Origin: an uncultured delta proteobacterium
Lineage (GTDB): Bacteria > Desulfobacterota > Binatia > DP-6
Assembly: GCA_963815115.1 (NCBI GenBank)
Contig: CAWFFN010000007.1
Span: 96,001 to 160,000 of the forward strand
Direction: 5' to 3'
Length of the DNA: 64,000 nt
A program made the translations under genes and the position numbers. Positions within the stretch are counted from its first letter, which is position 1. Every line of letters begins with the position of its first letter. Below the pieces are notes generated by a model. The model made no database searches. It worked only from the letters and a program-made list of their open reading frames with translations, and was not told where the DNA came from. Positions 19,961 through 29,114 of the stretch are shown here, piece by piece.

Positions 19961-21396
19961 TGGAGCTGCGGCGCGTCGCCGAGGTGGTCTGGGAGATTCC
20001 GCGGCACGGTGGCATGCGTGTCCCGGCGCGCGTCTACGCCAGCGAGGCGCAGATGGCGACCTTGCGCGACGACCCGGCGCTCGCGCAGCTCGTCAACGTC
20101 GCGCACCTGCCCGGCATTGTCGGGCACGCGCTCGCGATGCCCGACGTGCACTGGGGCTACGGCTTTCCCATCGGCGGGGTCGCGGCCGTGGACGCCGAGG
20201 AAGGCGTCGTCACGCCCGGCGGCATCGGCTTCGACATCAACTGCGGCGTTCGCCTCCTGGCGACGCGCGTCGCCGCCGCAGACATCGGGCCCGTTCGTGA
20301 CCGCCTCGCCGATCGGCTGTTCGCCTCGGTGCCCTCGGGCGTCGGGAGCGCGGGCGCGGTACGGACGCTGTCGGCGCGCGACACCCGGCGCGTGCTCGAG
20401 CGCGGGGCCGCCTGGGCGGTCGAGGAAGGGTTCGGGCGAGCGAGCGACCTCGAGCACTGCGAGGAGGAAGGCCGGCTGCGAGGAGCGGATCCCGAAGCCG
20501 TGTCCGAGACGGCACGGACGCGGGGGCGCACGCAGATGGGCAGCCTTGGTTCGGGAAACCACTTCCTCGAGGTGCAGCGGGTGGAACGCGTCCACGACGC
20601 GTCCGCGGCGGCGGCGCTCGGGCTGGAGGAAGGGCAGGCGGCCGTGATGATCCACTCCGGATCGCGCGGCCTCGGCTACCAGGTGTGCGACGACGCGCTC
20701 CGCACGATGGGGACGGCGATGCAGCGCCACGGCATCGCGGTGCCCGATCGTCAGCTCGCCTGCGTGCCGCTGCGCTCGGCCGAGGGCCGGACCTATCTCG
20801 GCGCCATGGCGGCAGCAGCCAACTTCGCGTGGGCGAACCGCCAGGTGATGGCGGGACTGGCCGAGCGCACCTTCGCCGAGGTGCTGGGCGCCGGCCCGGC
20901 GACCCTCGGCTTCCGCCTCGTGTACGACGTCTGCCACAACGTGGCCAAGCTCGAGGAGCACGTCGTGGACGGGCGGCTCCGTCGCCTCTGCGTGCATCGC
21001 AAGGGGGCGACGCGCGCGTTCGCGCCCGGCCATCCGGCCCTTCCGCCGGCGCTGCGCCACCTCGGGCAGCCCGTGATCATCCCCGGGGACATGGGACGCT
21101 ACTCCTTCCTCCTGGTCGGGGCCGCGGGCGCGATGGCCGAGACCTTCGGGACGACCTGCCACGGGGCGGGTCGCGTGATGAGCCGGGCGCAAGCCAAGAA
21201 GGCGGGGCGGGGCGTCGATCTGGTGGCGGCCCTGGCGGACCGCGGGGTGACGGTGCGCGCGCGCGCCCTGGCGGGCGTCGCCGAGGAGATGCCGTGGGCC
21301 TACAAGGACGCGGCCGAGGTGGTCGACGTCGTCGTGCGCGCGGGATTGGCCCGGCTGGTGGCGCGGCTGGTCCCGTTGATCGTCATCAAGGGATGA
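19957..21396 (+). CDS. rtcB: RNA-splicing/repair ligase RtcB (archaeal/eukaryotic-like long type)
   Basis: MPDVHWGYGFPIGG, GFDINCGVRL, GSGNHFLEVQ, IHSGSRG, HRKGATRA, CHGAGR. Confidence 0.96.
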   Translation: MMELRRVAEVVWEIPRHGGMRVPARVYASEAQMATLRDDPALAQLVNVAHLPGIVGHALAMPDVHWGYGFPIGGVAAVDAEEGVVTPGGIGFDINCGVRLLATRVAAADIGPVRDRLADRLFASVPSGVGSAGAVRTLSARDTRRVLERGAAWAVEEGFGRASDLEHCEEEGRLRGADPEAVSETARTRGRTQMGSLGSGNHFLEVQRVERVHDASAAAALGLEEGQAAVMIHSGSRGLGYQVCDDALRTMGTAMQRHGIAVPDRQLACVPLRSAEGRTYLGAMAAAANFAWANRQVMAGLAERTFAEVLGAGPATLGFRLVYDVCHNVAKLEEHVVDGRLRRLCVHRKGATRAFAPGHPALPPALRHLGQPVIIPGDMGRYSFLLVGAAGAMAETFGTTCHGAGRVMSRAQAKKAGRGVDLVAALADRGVTVRARALAGVAEEMPWAYKDAAEVVDVVVRAGLARLVARLVPLIVIKG

Positions 21397-22493
21397 GGAT
21401 CGCGGCCCCCGTCCTCGCGGCGCTCTCGCTCGTCGCGACGCTGCTCGTGCTCGAAGGGACGGTACGGTTGCGTCTCTCGAAGGAGCAGTGGGCCCGGCTG
21501 CCGCACGTCGGCGCGAGCTCCGAGACGCAGCGGCGGCTCGCCTGGACGGAGCGGGATCACGCCAGCGACGGCGCGGCGTGGGAGTTCGACGTGCCGGATC
21601 CCCTGCTCGGGTGGCGGCCGCGTTCCGGCGTGCACGCCCGGAGCGCGCATCCCGGCTCGTACGACGTGATGGTGACCACCGACGCGCAGGGGCTGCGAGG
21701 CGCACGCGACGCGACCCGCAAGAAGACGCCCGGCGTGACGCGGATCGCCGTCTTCGGCTGCTCGCAGACCTTTGGCAGCGGGGTGGCGGACGACGAGACC
21801 TTCAGCGCCCGTCTCGAAGCGGGGCTTGCGGGCGTCGAGGTGCTCAACTTCGGCGTGCACGGCTACGGCACCGATCAGATGCTGCTGCGCTACGAGCACG
21901 AGGGAGCGGGCTACGATCCCGACATCATCGTGCTCGCCTTCGCGTACTACCACCTCGACCGCAACGTGACCGGGTTCCGCTTCTACGCCAAGCCGTACTT
22001 CGTGCTGGAGCGCGGCGGCCTGCTGCGCCTGATGGGCGTTCCGGTTCCGCCACCCGACGTCGTGGCGCGCGACGGCCTCCTCGCGCCGCCGTTGCCGCTG
22101 GCCGACCACAGCGTCCTCGCGCGCTGGCTCTGGGGACGCGAGCTGCGGCGCCGGGACGAGGCGCTCTACTACGATGGCACGCCGGCCTGGGACGTCACCC
22201 GCGCGCTCGTCGCGCGCTTCGCCGCCGAGGCGCACGACCGCGGCGCCCGCATGATCCTGCTCAACATCGACGAGGACGCGCCGTGGCTCACCGAGCCGCT
22301 GGTCCGCCTCACCCAGGACACCGGCATCGACTGGGCGGACGCCGCACCCAGACTCGGCGCGCTCCGGGGCCAGGGGGTTCGGCTCCGCCTGCGGGCCGAC
22401 CCGCACTGGAACCCGCAAGGGCATGCGGTGATCGCGGACGTGCTGCGCGAGCGGCTGTGCGCGCCGCCGGCGCTGCCCGGGTGCGGCGGCTAA
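21393..22493 (+). CDS. SGNH/GDSL hydrolase-family membrane-anchored protein
   Basis: N-terminal TM, FGCSQTFG (GDS variant), NFGVHGYGTDQ, DPHWNPQGH. Confidence 0.8.
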   Translation: MRIAAPVLAALSLVATLLVLEGTVRLRLSKEQWARLPHVGASSETQRRLAWTERDHASDGAAWEFDVPDPLLGWRPRSGVHARSAHPGSYDVMVTTDAQGLRGARDATRKKTPGVTRIAVFGCSQTFGSGVADDETFSARLEAGLAGVEVLNFGVHGYGTDQMLLRYEHEGAGYDPDIIVLAFAYYHLDRNVTGFRFYAKPYFVLERGGLLRLMGVPVPPPDVVARDGLLAPPLPLADHSVLARWLWGRELRRRDEALYYDGTPAWDVTRALVARFAAEAHDRGARMILLNIDEDAPWLTEPLVRLTQDTGIDWADAAPRLGALRGQGVRLRLRADPHWNPQGHAVIADVLRERLCAPPALPGCGG

Positions 22494-22519
22494 ACCCGGC
22501 GGCGCCGTGCCAGCCGAGG

Positions 22520-22690
22520 CTGCCCCGCTTCATCGAGCGCGGGTTCCGCGACTTCCTCGGGTGTGGCCAGCTCGAGCGGGGCTTCGCCCGGCTGAGGATC
22601 GCCGGCGCCTCGAACGTCTGTGTCGCTACCTGCTGCGGCCCCTATCGCCCAGGAGCGCCTGACGCTGCGGCCCGACGGCGGGGGCGTCGT
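22520..22690 (+). mobile_element. Internally deleted IS91-like (Y2/HUH) transposase relic
   Basis: LPRFIERGFRDFLGCGQLERGFARLR (Zn-binding N-terminal part) joined directly to DRRRLERLCRYLLRP..IAQERLTLRPDG (C-terminal catalytic-Tyr part). Confidence 0.7.
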
Positions 22691-23466
22691 CACGACGCGT
22701 GGCGGGCGGCGGTGGCCCCCGCCGCGCACTCGCTCGAGTTGAAGCAGGCGTCGGCGCACTGAGCGGCCGTATCGGCGCAGCCGTATTCCGCGGTCTCGAG
22801 CAGCGTGACGCAGACGAGCTTGTCCCCCGAGCACTTCGGGAGCGCCGCCAGCGCGTTGAGCGCGCACCGCCATTGCGGACCGAGGCAGGCGACGTTGCAG
22901 AGCGCACACGCCGGGAGCAGTCCCGCGGCGGTGCCGTCGAGCGGGTCGTTCAGGCATGGGCTCTTGAGCGTCTGCTTCGTGAGGCGCCGGAGCGCGCCCT
23001 TGACGGAGGCTTTCAGCTTGACGGCGGGGGCCTTCTGGCCGTCCGCGAAGACGAGCGTGGCGAGCCCGGCTTTCTGGAACGGCACGACGTCGCGACCGTC
23101 GACGGCGCCGCTGAACGTCACGCCGTCGGTGCTCGCGACGTCGGCCTTCTGCACGCCGCGAAACCCGGAGCCGGCTTCGAGATCGACGGTGAGACCGCCG
23201 GCGCCGGAGGCCGAATCGAGCGTCAGGAGCGCCTGCGGCCCCTTCTTCAGGGTTACAGTGCTCGTCGGCTGAGCCGCCTGGCTTGCCGCGGTCACGAACT
23301 CGAGCGTCACCCCGTTCGCGGGCCGTCCGACCCGCGCCGTGAATTCGGCCGCCACGCGAGTCGAGACGCCCACGCTGCAGTGCGACACGTGAAGAGGCGC
23401 CGCCCCGGCGACGCCTGCGAGACCGATGATCGGGAGAACCGCCAGGAGGATGGGTACGAGTCTCAC
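22690..23466 (-). CDS. Secreted hypothetical protein with Cys-rich C-terminal tail
   Basis: AGGAG RBS + GTG, signal MRLVPILLAVLPIIGLAGVAGA, many Cys in the last ~70 aa. Confidence 0.7.
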   Translation of the reverse strand: MRLVPILLAVLPIIGLAGVAGAAPLHVSHCSVGVSTRVAAEFTARVGRPANGVTLEFVTAASQAAQPTSTVTLKKGPQALLTLDSASGAGGLTVDLEAGSGFRGVQKADVASTDGVTFSGAVDGRDVVPFQKAGLATLVFADGQKAPAVKLKASVKGALRRLTKQTLKSPCLNDPLDGTAAGLLPACALCNVACLGPQWRCALNALAALPKCSGDKLVCVTLLETAEYGCADTAAQCADACFNSSECAAGATAARHAS

Positions 23467-23796
23467 TTAGGAACTCCTACAGTTGGATGCGCGATGGACG
23501 GAGCCCATCCCCGTCCCTGGGGTTGGATACCGCCCTGGCGACCTCGCGGGCAAGGCTTTCTGCCGTCGGGACGCCACACGGGCGTCCGGACGTCTCCGAG
23601 CGCCGTCCGGCCCGACTGCGGCACCTCGAGGACGCACTCCGGGACGCAGCTCGGACCCCGGCTGCCGCGTCTCTTCATTACGCCGAAGTGGCCGTCAGCC
23701 GTCTTATTGACTTCCAACGATCGACTGCTTTCCGAGATGCCGCCGCTGGTAGTCTGGCAGACGGCGTCGGCGGAGGGGTCGAGTGATGAACAGCCA

Positions 23797-23837
23797 TTGA
23801 CAGATTCCTGATCGATCGAACAGAGTTGTCGTTCGAT
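23797..23837 (+). promoter_or_regulatory. Putative promoter with operator-like inverted repeat ATCGAAC-N9-GTTCGAT
   Basis: TTGACA at 23797-23802; inverted repeat 23815-23837 overlaps the hydrolase start codon. Confidence 0.45.
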
Positions 23838-24789
23838 GGCCAACCACCGCGCTCGCTTCGGACCGCACAATCCCGGCGAGACCTACGTCGCCCACGTGAT
23901 CGCGGAGCAGCTGGTCGACCTCGGCGAGATCCAGATGAACTACGCGACCGTGGGCGATGCTGCGTCGCCGGCGCTGCTTCTCATCCCGGGCCAGACCGAG
24001 TCGTGGTGGGGCTACGAGGCGGCGATGCCGCTGCTCGCCGACCGCTTCCAGGTGTTCGCCGTCGATCTCCGGGGCCAGGGCCGCAGCACGCGCACGCCTG
24101 GCCGCTACACGCTCGACAACATGGGCAACGATCTGGTCCGTTTCCTCGACCTCGTGATCGGGCGACCGGCGATCGTGAGCGGCCTGTCCTCGGGCGGCGT
24201 CCTCGCCGCCTGGCTGTCGGCGTACGCCAAGCCCGGTCAGGTGCTCGCGGCGCTCTGCGAGGACCCGCCGCTGTTCGCGTCGGAGGTGCGGCCGGCCGTC
24301 GCTCCCGGCATCCGCCAGTGTATCGGCCCGTTGTTCGACCTCTGGAGCAGCTTCCTGGGCGACCAGTGGTCGATCGGAGCCTGGGACGCGATGCGCGAAG
24401 GATCGGCGACTCGACTGCCGGAGCACCTGCGGTTCATCCCGGTGCCCGACGAGCCGCCCCAGAACTTGAAGGAGTACGACCCCGAGTGGGGCCGGTCGTT
24501 CTGGACCGGGACGGTCGGCGCCGCGTGCGACCACGAGCGGATGCTGCGCAGCGCCAAGGTCCCCTCGGTGCTGCTGACGCACCACATGCGCATCACCGAC
24601 GATGCCAGCGGCTTCCTGTTCGGTGCGATGTCCGACCAGCAGGCCCAGCGGGTGCAGGACCTCCTCACCGGCGCGGGCGTCGACGTGCAGTACCGGTCGT
24701 TCCCCGACGTCGGCCACTCGATGCACGGCGACAGGCCCGACCTCTACGTCGAGACCCTCTTCGACTGGGTCACGAGCATCACGGCGTGA
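23836..24789 (+). CDS. Alpha/beta hydrolase, ZenA-like (zearalenone/resorcylic acid lactone hydrolase family)
   Basis: VDLGEIQMNY, QTESWWGYE, DLRGQGRS, YTLDNMGNDLVRF, GLSSGG nucleophile, FLGDQWSIG, PQNLKEYDPEWGR; these blocks recall Rhodococcus ZenA. Confidence 0.8.
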   Translation: MANHRARFGPHNPGETYVAHVIAEQLVDLGEIQMNYATVGDAASPALLLIPGQTESWWGYEAAMPLLADRFQVFAVDLRGQGRSTRTPGRYTLDNMGNDLVRFLDLVIGRPAIVSGLSSGGVLAAWLSAYAKPGQVLAALCEDPPLFASEVRPAVAPGIRQCIGPLFDLWSSFLGDQWSIGAWDAMREGSATRLPEHLRFIPVPDEPPQNLKEYDPEWGRSFWTGTVGAACDHERMLRSAKVPSVLLTHHMRITDDASGFLFGAMSDQQAQRVQDLLTGAGVDVQYRSFPDVGHSMHGDRPDLYVETLFDWVTSITA

Positions 24790-25739
24790 GCGCATCCCGC
24801 ACGATCGACGTGCACGCCCACTACGTCCCGGCGAGCTACCGGGCGGCGCTGCTGGACACCGGCCACGGCGAACCCGACGGCTTCCCCCGGATCCCGGACT
24901 GGTCCGCCGAGGAGCACGTTGCCGCGATGGACCGGCTCGGAATCGCGACGTCGCTGCTGTCGATCTCGTCACCTGGCGTGCACCTCGCCGACGAACAAGC
25001 GGCGCGGGACCTCGCCCGCGAGGTGAACGAGGCCGGCCGACGAGCCGTCGTCGACCATCCCGGACGGTTCGGCCTGTTCGCCTCGCTCCCCCTGCCCGAC
25101 GTCGATGCGGCCATCGCCGAGATCGCGCACTGCTGCGACCGGCTCGACGTCGCCGGCTTCGCGCTGCTCACCAACATCGGGGGGACGTACCTGGGCGACC
25201 CCGCGTTCCAACCGGTCTTCGGCGAGCTCGACCGGCGCGGCGCCCGGCTGTTCATCCACCCGACCTCGCCGGCGTGCTGGGAGCACACCTCGCTCGGGCG
25301 TCCCCGACCGATGCTCGAGTTCTTCTTCGACACCACCCGTGCCGTGGTCGACCTGGTGCTCAACGGCACCGTCGCCAGGCATCCGGGAGTCGAGTTCATC
25401 ATCCCGCACGCCGGAGCGACGCTGCCGATGGTCGCCGACCGGGTCAGCGTCTTCTCCCAGCTGCTCGGCGTCGACCCCGCGGTGGACGTGCTCCGCGACC
25501 TGGGCCGACTCCACTTCGACCTCGCCGGCTTCCCGGTTCCCCGCCAGCTCGACGCGCTCCTCACGCTCACCACGATCGAGCACCTGCACTACGGGAGCGA
25601 CTATCCCTTCACCCCGGAGTTCGCCGCCGCCATGGCGAGTGAACGACTCGCCGAGCGGGGCGACCCGCCGGGTTCGCTGCTGGCCGCGCTCCGCGCCAAC
25701 ACCGATCGCCTCTTCCCCGCGTTCACTGACCGGCGCTGA
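24786..25739 (+). CDS. Amidohydrolase_2 family protein, 6-methylsalicylate/orsellinate decarboxylase-like
   Basis: IDVHAHY, LSISSPG, FASLPLPD, FIHPT, EFFFDTTRA, PHAGATLP, YGSDYPF; GTGA overlap with upstream gene. Confidence 0.8.
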   Translation: MSASRTIDVHAHYVPASYRAALLDTGHGEPDGFPRIPDWSAEEHVAAMDRLGIATSLLSISSPGVHLADEQAARDLAREVNEAGRRAVVDHPGRFGLFASLPLPDVDAAIAEIAHCCDRLDVAGFALLTNIGGTYLGDPAFQPVFGELDRRGARLFIHPTSPACWEHTSLGRPRPMLEFFFDTTRAVVDLVLNGTVARHPGVEFIIPHAGATLPMVADRVSVFSQLLGVDPAVDVLRDLGRLHFDLAGFPVPRQLDALLTLTTIEHLHYGSDYPFTPEFAAAMASERLAERGDPPGSLLAALRANTDRLFPAFTDRR

Positions 25740-25771
25740 CCAGCGACAGACGACGAAACTCGCCCTGGCGT

Positions 25772-26956
25772 TCAGAACCTCGCGGGACGGTCCGGCGTCA
25801 GGTATTCCGTGATCGCCGTGAACAGCCGCTCGCTGTAGTTCGTCGTGGTGGCCGCCGCCCGCTGCCCTTTCGTGACGGTGAGCGCGACCGAGATCCGTCT
25901 CGACGGCAGATAGGCCTGGATCGCGGTGTAGCCTTGCATCTCGGGGTTCTGAATCTCCCAGGTGTTCACGATCACGATGCCGAGCCCGTAGTAGAGGCTC
26001 TGGCTGAACCCCGGGAGCCCCGCCGTCGTCGGGGCGATGCGCTCGCGCGCGGCCGCCTTGGAGATCAACGCTCCCCTCCCGAACGCCTGCGCCGACTTGA
26101 GCACGTCGCCGATCGTCGACGTCATGATCATGCTCTCGGCGATCGACCAGGAAGGGCTCCAGAAGGTCGAATCCTCGTAGGGACCGCGGTCGGCAGTGTA
26201 CGCGTGCAGAACCGGCGGCGGGATGTCGGGCAGTGAGGAGATCCTCGTGTTGCGCAAGCCGAGCGGGCGAAGGACGCGCTTGCGGAGCAGCTCCGCCACC
26301 GGCTTGCCGGTGACGGCCTCGATCACGTTGCCGAGGATGATGAAGTTCGTGTGGGCGTAGTGAAAGCATGTCCCCGGGTCGCAGATGCGCGGGCGCGCCA
26401 GCGCGATCTCCAGCAGCTCCCGCGTCTGCCACTGGCGGAAGACGTTCGCGTACCAGTCTTTGACCCAGGCGGGGTCCTCCTGGATCCAGTCGGCGTAGCC
26501 GGAGGTCGCGGTGGCGAGCATCCTCAGAGTCACGCGATCGGCGTCGGGGAGGGCGGGAAACCAGGTGGACAGGCGGTCGTCGAGGGACAGCCGTCCGTCG
26601 TCCTGAAGCTGGAGCAGGAGGTCGATGACGTAGGGGATCGCGACCGAGCCGATGCGGAAGTTCATGCGAAGGTTCGCGGGCACCCCGTCCATCGACTCCC
26701 CCGCAGAGACGCGCGCGATCGAACGGTCGCCCAGGCTGACCCGGACGAGGGCCGCGCGCAGGTCGTCGTCCTGGACCGACCGCTCCACGATCGCCCGGAT
26801 CTCGCGGCCCGCGGCGGCGAGGCTCGTACAGCCCGACGCCGTCCGGATTCTCTCGCGCGGACAGGGCGTGACGCCGTCACCCGCGGCCGCAAAGCCGGAC
26901 GCGAGCAGGGCCGCGCAGACCGCTCCGGAAACCGCGAGGCTCCGAGATACCTTCAC
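25772..26956 (-). CDS. Secreted serine hydrolase (beta-lactamase/PBP family)
   Basis: Signal peptide, FRIGSVAI, LSLDD, VTLRMLA, FHYAHTNF; canonical SxxK Lys appears substituted (SVAI). Confidence 0.8.
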   Translation of the reverse strand: MKVSRSLAVSGAVCAALLASGFAAAGDGVTPCPRERIRTASGCTSLAAAGREIRAIVERSVQDDDLRAALVRVSLGDRSIARVSAGESMDGVPANLRMNFRIGSVAIPYVIDLLLQLQDDGRLSLDDRLSTWFPALPDADRVTLRMLATATSGYADWIQEDPAWVKDWYANVFRQWQTRELLEIALARPRICDPGTCFHYAHTNFIILGNVIEAVTGKPVAELLRKRVLRPLGLRNTRISSLPDIPPPVLHAYTADRGPYEDSTFWSPSWSIAESMIMTSTIGDVLKSAQAFGRGALISKAAARERIAPTTAGLPGFSQSLYYGLGIVIVNTWEIQNPEMQGYTAIQAYLPSRRISVALTVTKGQRAAATTTNYSERLFTAITEYLTPDRPARF

Positions 26957-27160
26957 CCCTCCCACCGAGCGTGCTCTGGTCACGAGGAACACATATCGCC
27001 TTTGCTCGAAAATCTCGCCGCGGCGTAGCTGCGCGACTTCGGGCTGATGCGCGGTGCACTCACCCTCGCCCGAGTCGGGTCCGAGTTCGACCCACCTGGC
27101 GGCGCGCTGCACGCCGCCGACCAGTGGCACACGCGAGAGGGGTGAGGTGCTCGAGCAGCG

Positions 27161-27601
27161 TCACCCCCGCGTGCCCGCTTCCAGGGCGGCGAGTCGCTTC
27201 TTCAGCGCACGCTCCTCTTCCCAGCGCGCGGTGACGTCTCGGATGATTGCCGCCGGACCGAGCAGTGTACCGTCCGGGTCGTGGAGCAGTGCGATGGTGA
27301 ACTCGACGGAGATCGACGTCCCGTCCTTCCGCACGGCCGGCACCGCGAGCACCCGGCGTCCATACCGAGTCGTTCCCGTCGCCATGGATTCTCGGTAGCC
27401 ACTCCAGTGCCGCTGCCGGAGACGCTCCGGGATGATCAGATCCAGCGTGCGACCGAGCGCTTCATCGACGCGATAGCCGAAGAGGACCTCGGCGCCCGGG
27501 TTCCACAGTCGGATGATTCCGTCGCGATCCGCCAGGATGATCGCGTCGCATGCCTCCCGCACGATCTCCCGGCACAGCCACTCGTGTGTATCCCCTGCCA
27601 T
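27161..27601 (-). CDS. Stand-alone PAS domain protein
   Basis: DAIILADRDGIIRLWNPGAEVLFGY, LDLIIPERLR..HW.GY, RKDG..ISVEF, AIIRD. Confidence 0.85.
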   Translation of the reverse strand: MAGDTHEWLCREIVREACDAIILADRDGIIRLWNPGAEVLFGYRVDEALGRTLDLIIPERLRQRHWSGYRESMATGTTRYGRRVLAVPAVRKDGTSISVEFTIALLHDPDGTLLGPAAIIRDVTARWEEERALKKRLAALEAGTRG

Positions 27602-27849
27602 TCGTTCCCCCTCGTCCCTGGTGACCGAACCCGTGACCTCGATGACCCCTCGTTGCAAGCCGGCCGGATGGAGGGTTCCGGCAGGCGCTGCGAGGTTGAC
27701 CGAAAAGTTGCGCTCCGCGACATGGAACGGCATCGTCAGGGCATGCCGGGTTCCTGCCAGCCGACCGGGTAGCGCCCCGTCTGGCGAATCTTGCGTTTGC
27801 GGCCGCGCCGCCGCGTGGTGGCCGTCGTGTCCCGGGGGGGGAGGACACG

Positions 27850-28175
27850 ATGCGCACCTTCATGATCACTCTGCTGGCCGCCGCCGTGCTGGCCGGCGTG
27901 CCGGCGCGGGCCTCGGCGCAGTGCACCACCGACGACGACGCCAACGCCGCGCGCAAGACGCTGAAGGAGTCCGCCACGATCCCGGCAACCCGGCGACGCT
28001 CTTCGAGACCGAGCTGTACGACCTGATCGCCGACCCGTACGAGCTGACCAACGTGGCGAGCGATCCCGCGAACGCGACCCGGGTCGCGACCATGGCGGCG
28101 CGGCTGCGCCAGCTGCGGCCGAACTGGCCGATCGACTCCGACCCGAACGGCCCCGATCCGGACGAGGACGAGTGA
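27850..28175 (+). pseudogene. Internally deleted secreted sulfatase-like gene relic
   Basis: RBS GAGG + signal MRTFMITLLAAAVLAGVPARASAQC, joined out of frame (~27975) to sulfatase-type C-terminus ETELYDLIADPYELTNVASDP. Confidence 0.6.
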
Positions 28176-28205
28176 CGTGAAGCGAGACGGCGGGGCGGCT
28201 CCCCC

Positions 28206-28372
28206 CGCCGTCTGGCCTTCCAGATCTGCTCGCACGGCCAGCGCCGGGCCCAGTCGAGCGAGACGAAGGGGAGAGCGCGAGGTGGCGTCCGCCGGCGGGC
28301 GCCCCTCGACGAGGGCTTCGATCTCGAAGCCGTTCGCGTGCAGGAGGCGAATCCATTCGCCGAGGGAGTTGT
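28206..28372 (-). pseudogene. C-terminal fragment of a SAM methyltransferase
   Basis: LGEWIRLLHANGFEIEALVE..PPADATS then, after a frameshift, FVSLDWARRWPCEQIWKARR; no N-terminus. Confidence 0.55.
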
Positions 28373-28424
28373 AGGTATCGGAGGTATTGGCAGACAGCTC
28401 CACGGGGGGAACCTGACCGGGGGG

Positions 28425-28500
28425 CTCGAGCAGTCGGACTCAACCTCCTCCGCGTGCCGCCATGGGCCCTGCGGGCCGATGACCTCGGTCTTGTACGGCC
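28425..28500 (-). mobile_element. IS3-family transposase fragment
   Basis: Minus strand reads YKTEVIGPQGPWRHAEEVE, resembling the IS3 OrfB motif YKxEVIxxxGPWRxxxxVE. Confidence 0.45.
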
Positions 28501-28587
28501 GATCACGGACTCGGCCAGGGCATTACCCTAGGAGTCGCCGCTGCCGACGGAGGGCTCGATGCCTGCTGCCGCGAGCCGTTCGGTGTA

Positions 28588-28675
28588 GCGGATCGACAGT
28601 GGCCTCACCGGTCTTCAAGACCGCGAGGTCCCACCTGGTGCGCGATCGAAGGTTCGATCTTCGTCCCGATCGTCA
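28588..28675 (+). tRNA. Degenerate tRNA-Sec-like sequence (probable pseudo-tRNA)
   Basis: CGGT-CTTCAAG-ACCG arm with TCA anticodon at 28615-28617, long variable region, GAAGGTTCGATCTTC T-arm-like; acceptor and D arms poorly paired, no CCA. Confidence 0.4.
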
Positions 28676-29114
28676 CGAGGGATCTCGCGGGCTCGAGGGA
28701 AAGAGCGGGCCGCCGAGAGCGGCCACGAGCAGCAACCAGACGAGTCGAACGAGACGCCTGCGCCGGCTTGCAGAGGCTGGCATCGCCATCTCTACGCGCG
28801 ACCCGCCCGCGCGGATGCATGCGGTTGCCGTGGTTCGGGGAGGAGCCGAGCTGCATCCTCTCTGCCGCGCCTCGAGGGGTGCGGGCGGTCACGGGCCGAG
28901 AGAGCGCCCCGCCCGGGGCGACGGTCGTGCGCGGTCGGAGGCCGTCCTCCGGACTCCTTCGGGGAGCCAGGACCGTCTGTCGCTGGGCGGCCGCGTCCCG
29001 GTCGCGTGCCTCGGCCGGGCGACGCGCCGGGTGCGCGCCGACGGCGAGGAGCGCGCGTGCGCCGCGTCCCAGCATGGTTCAACAGGCTGTCTTCTGAGCA
29101 GCTTGACAGACGGG

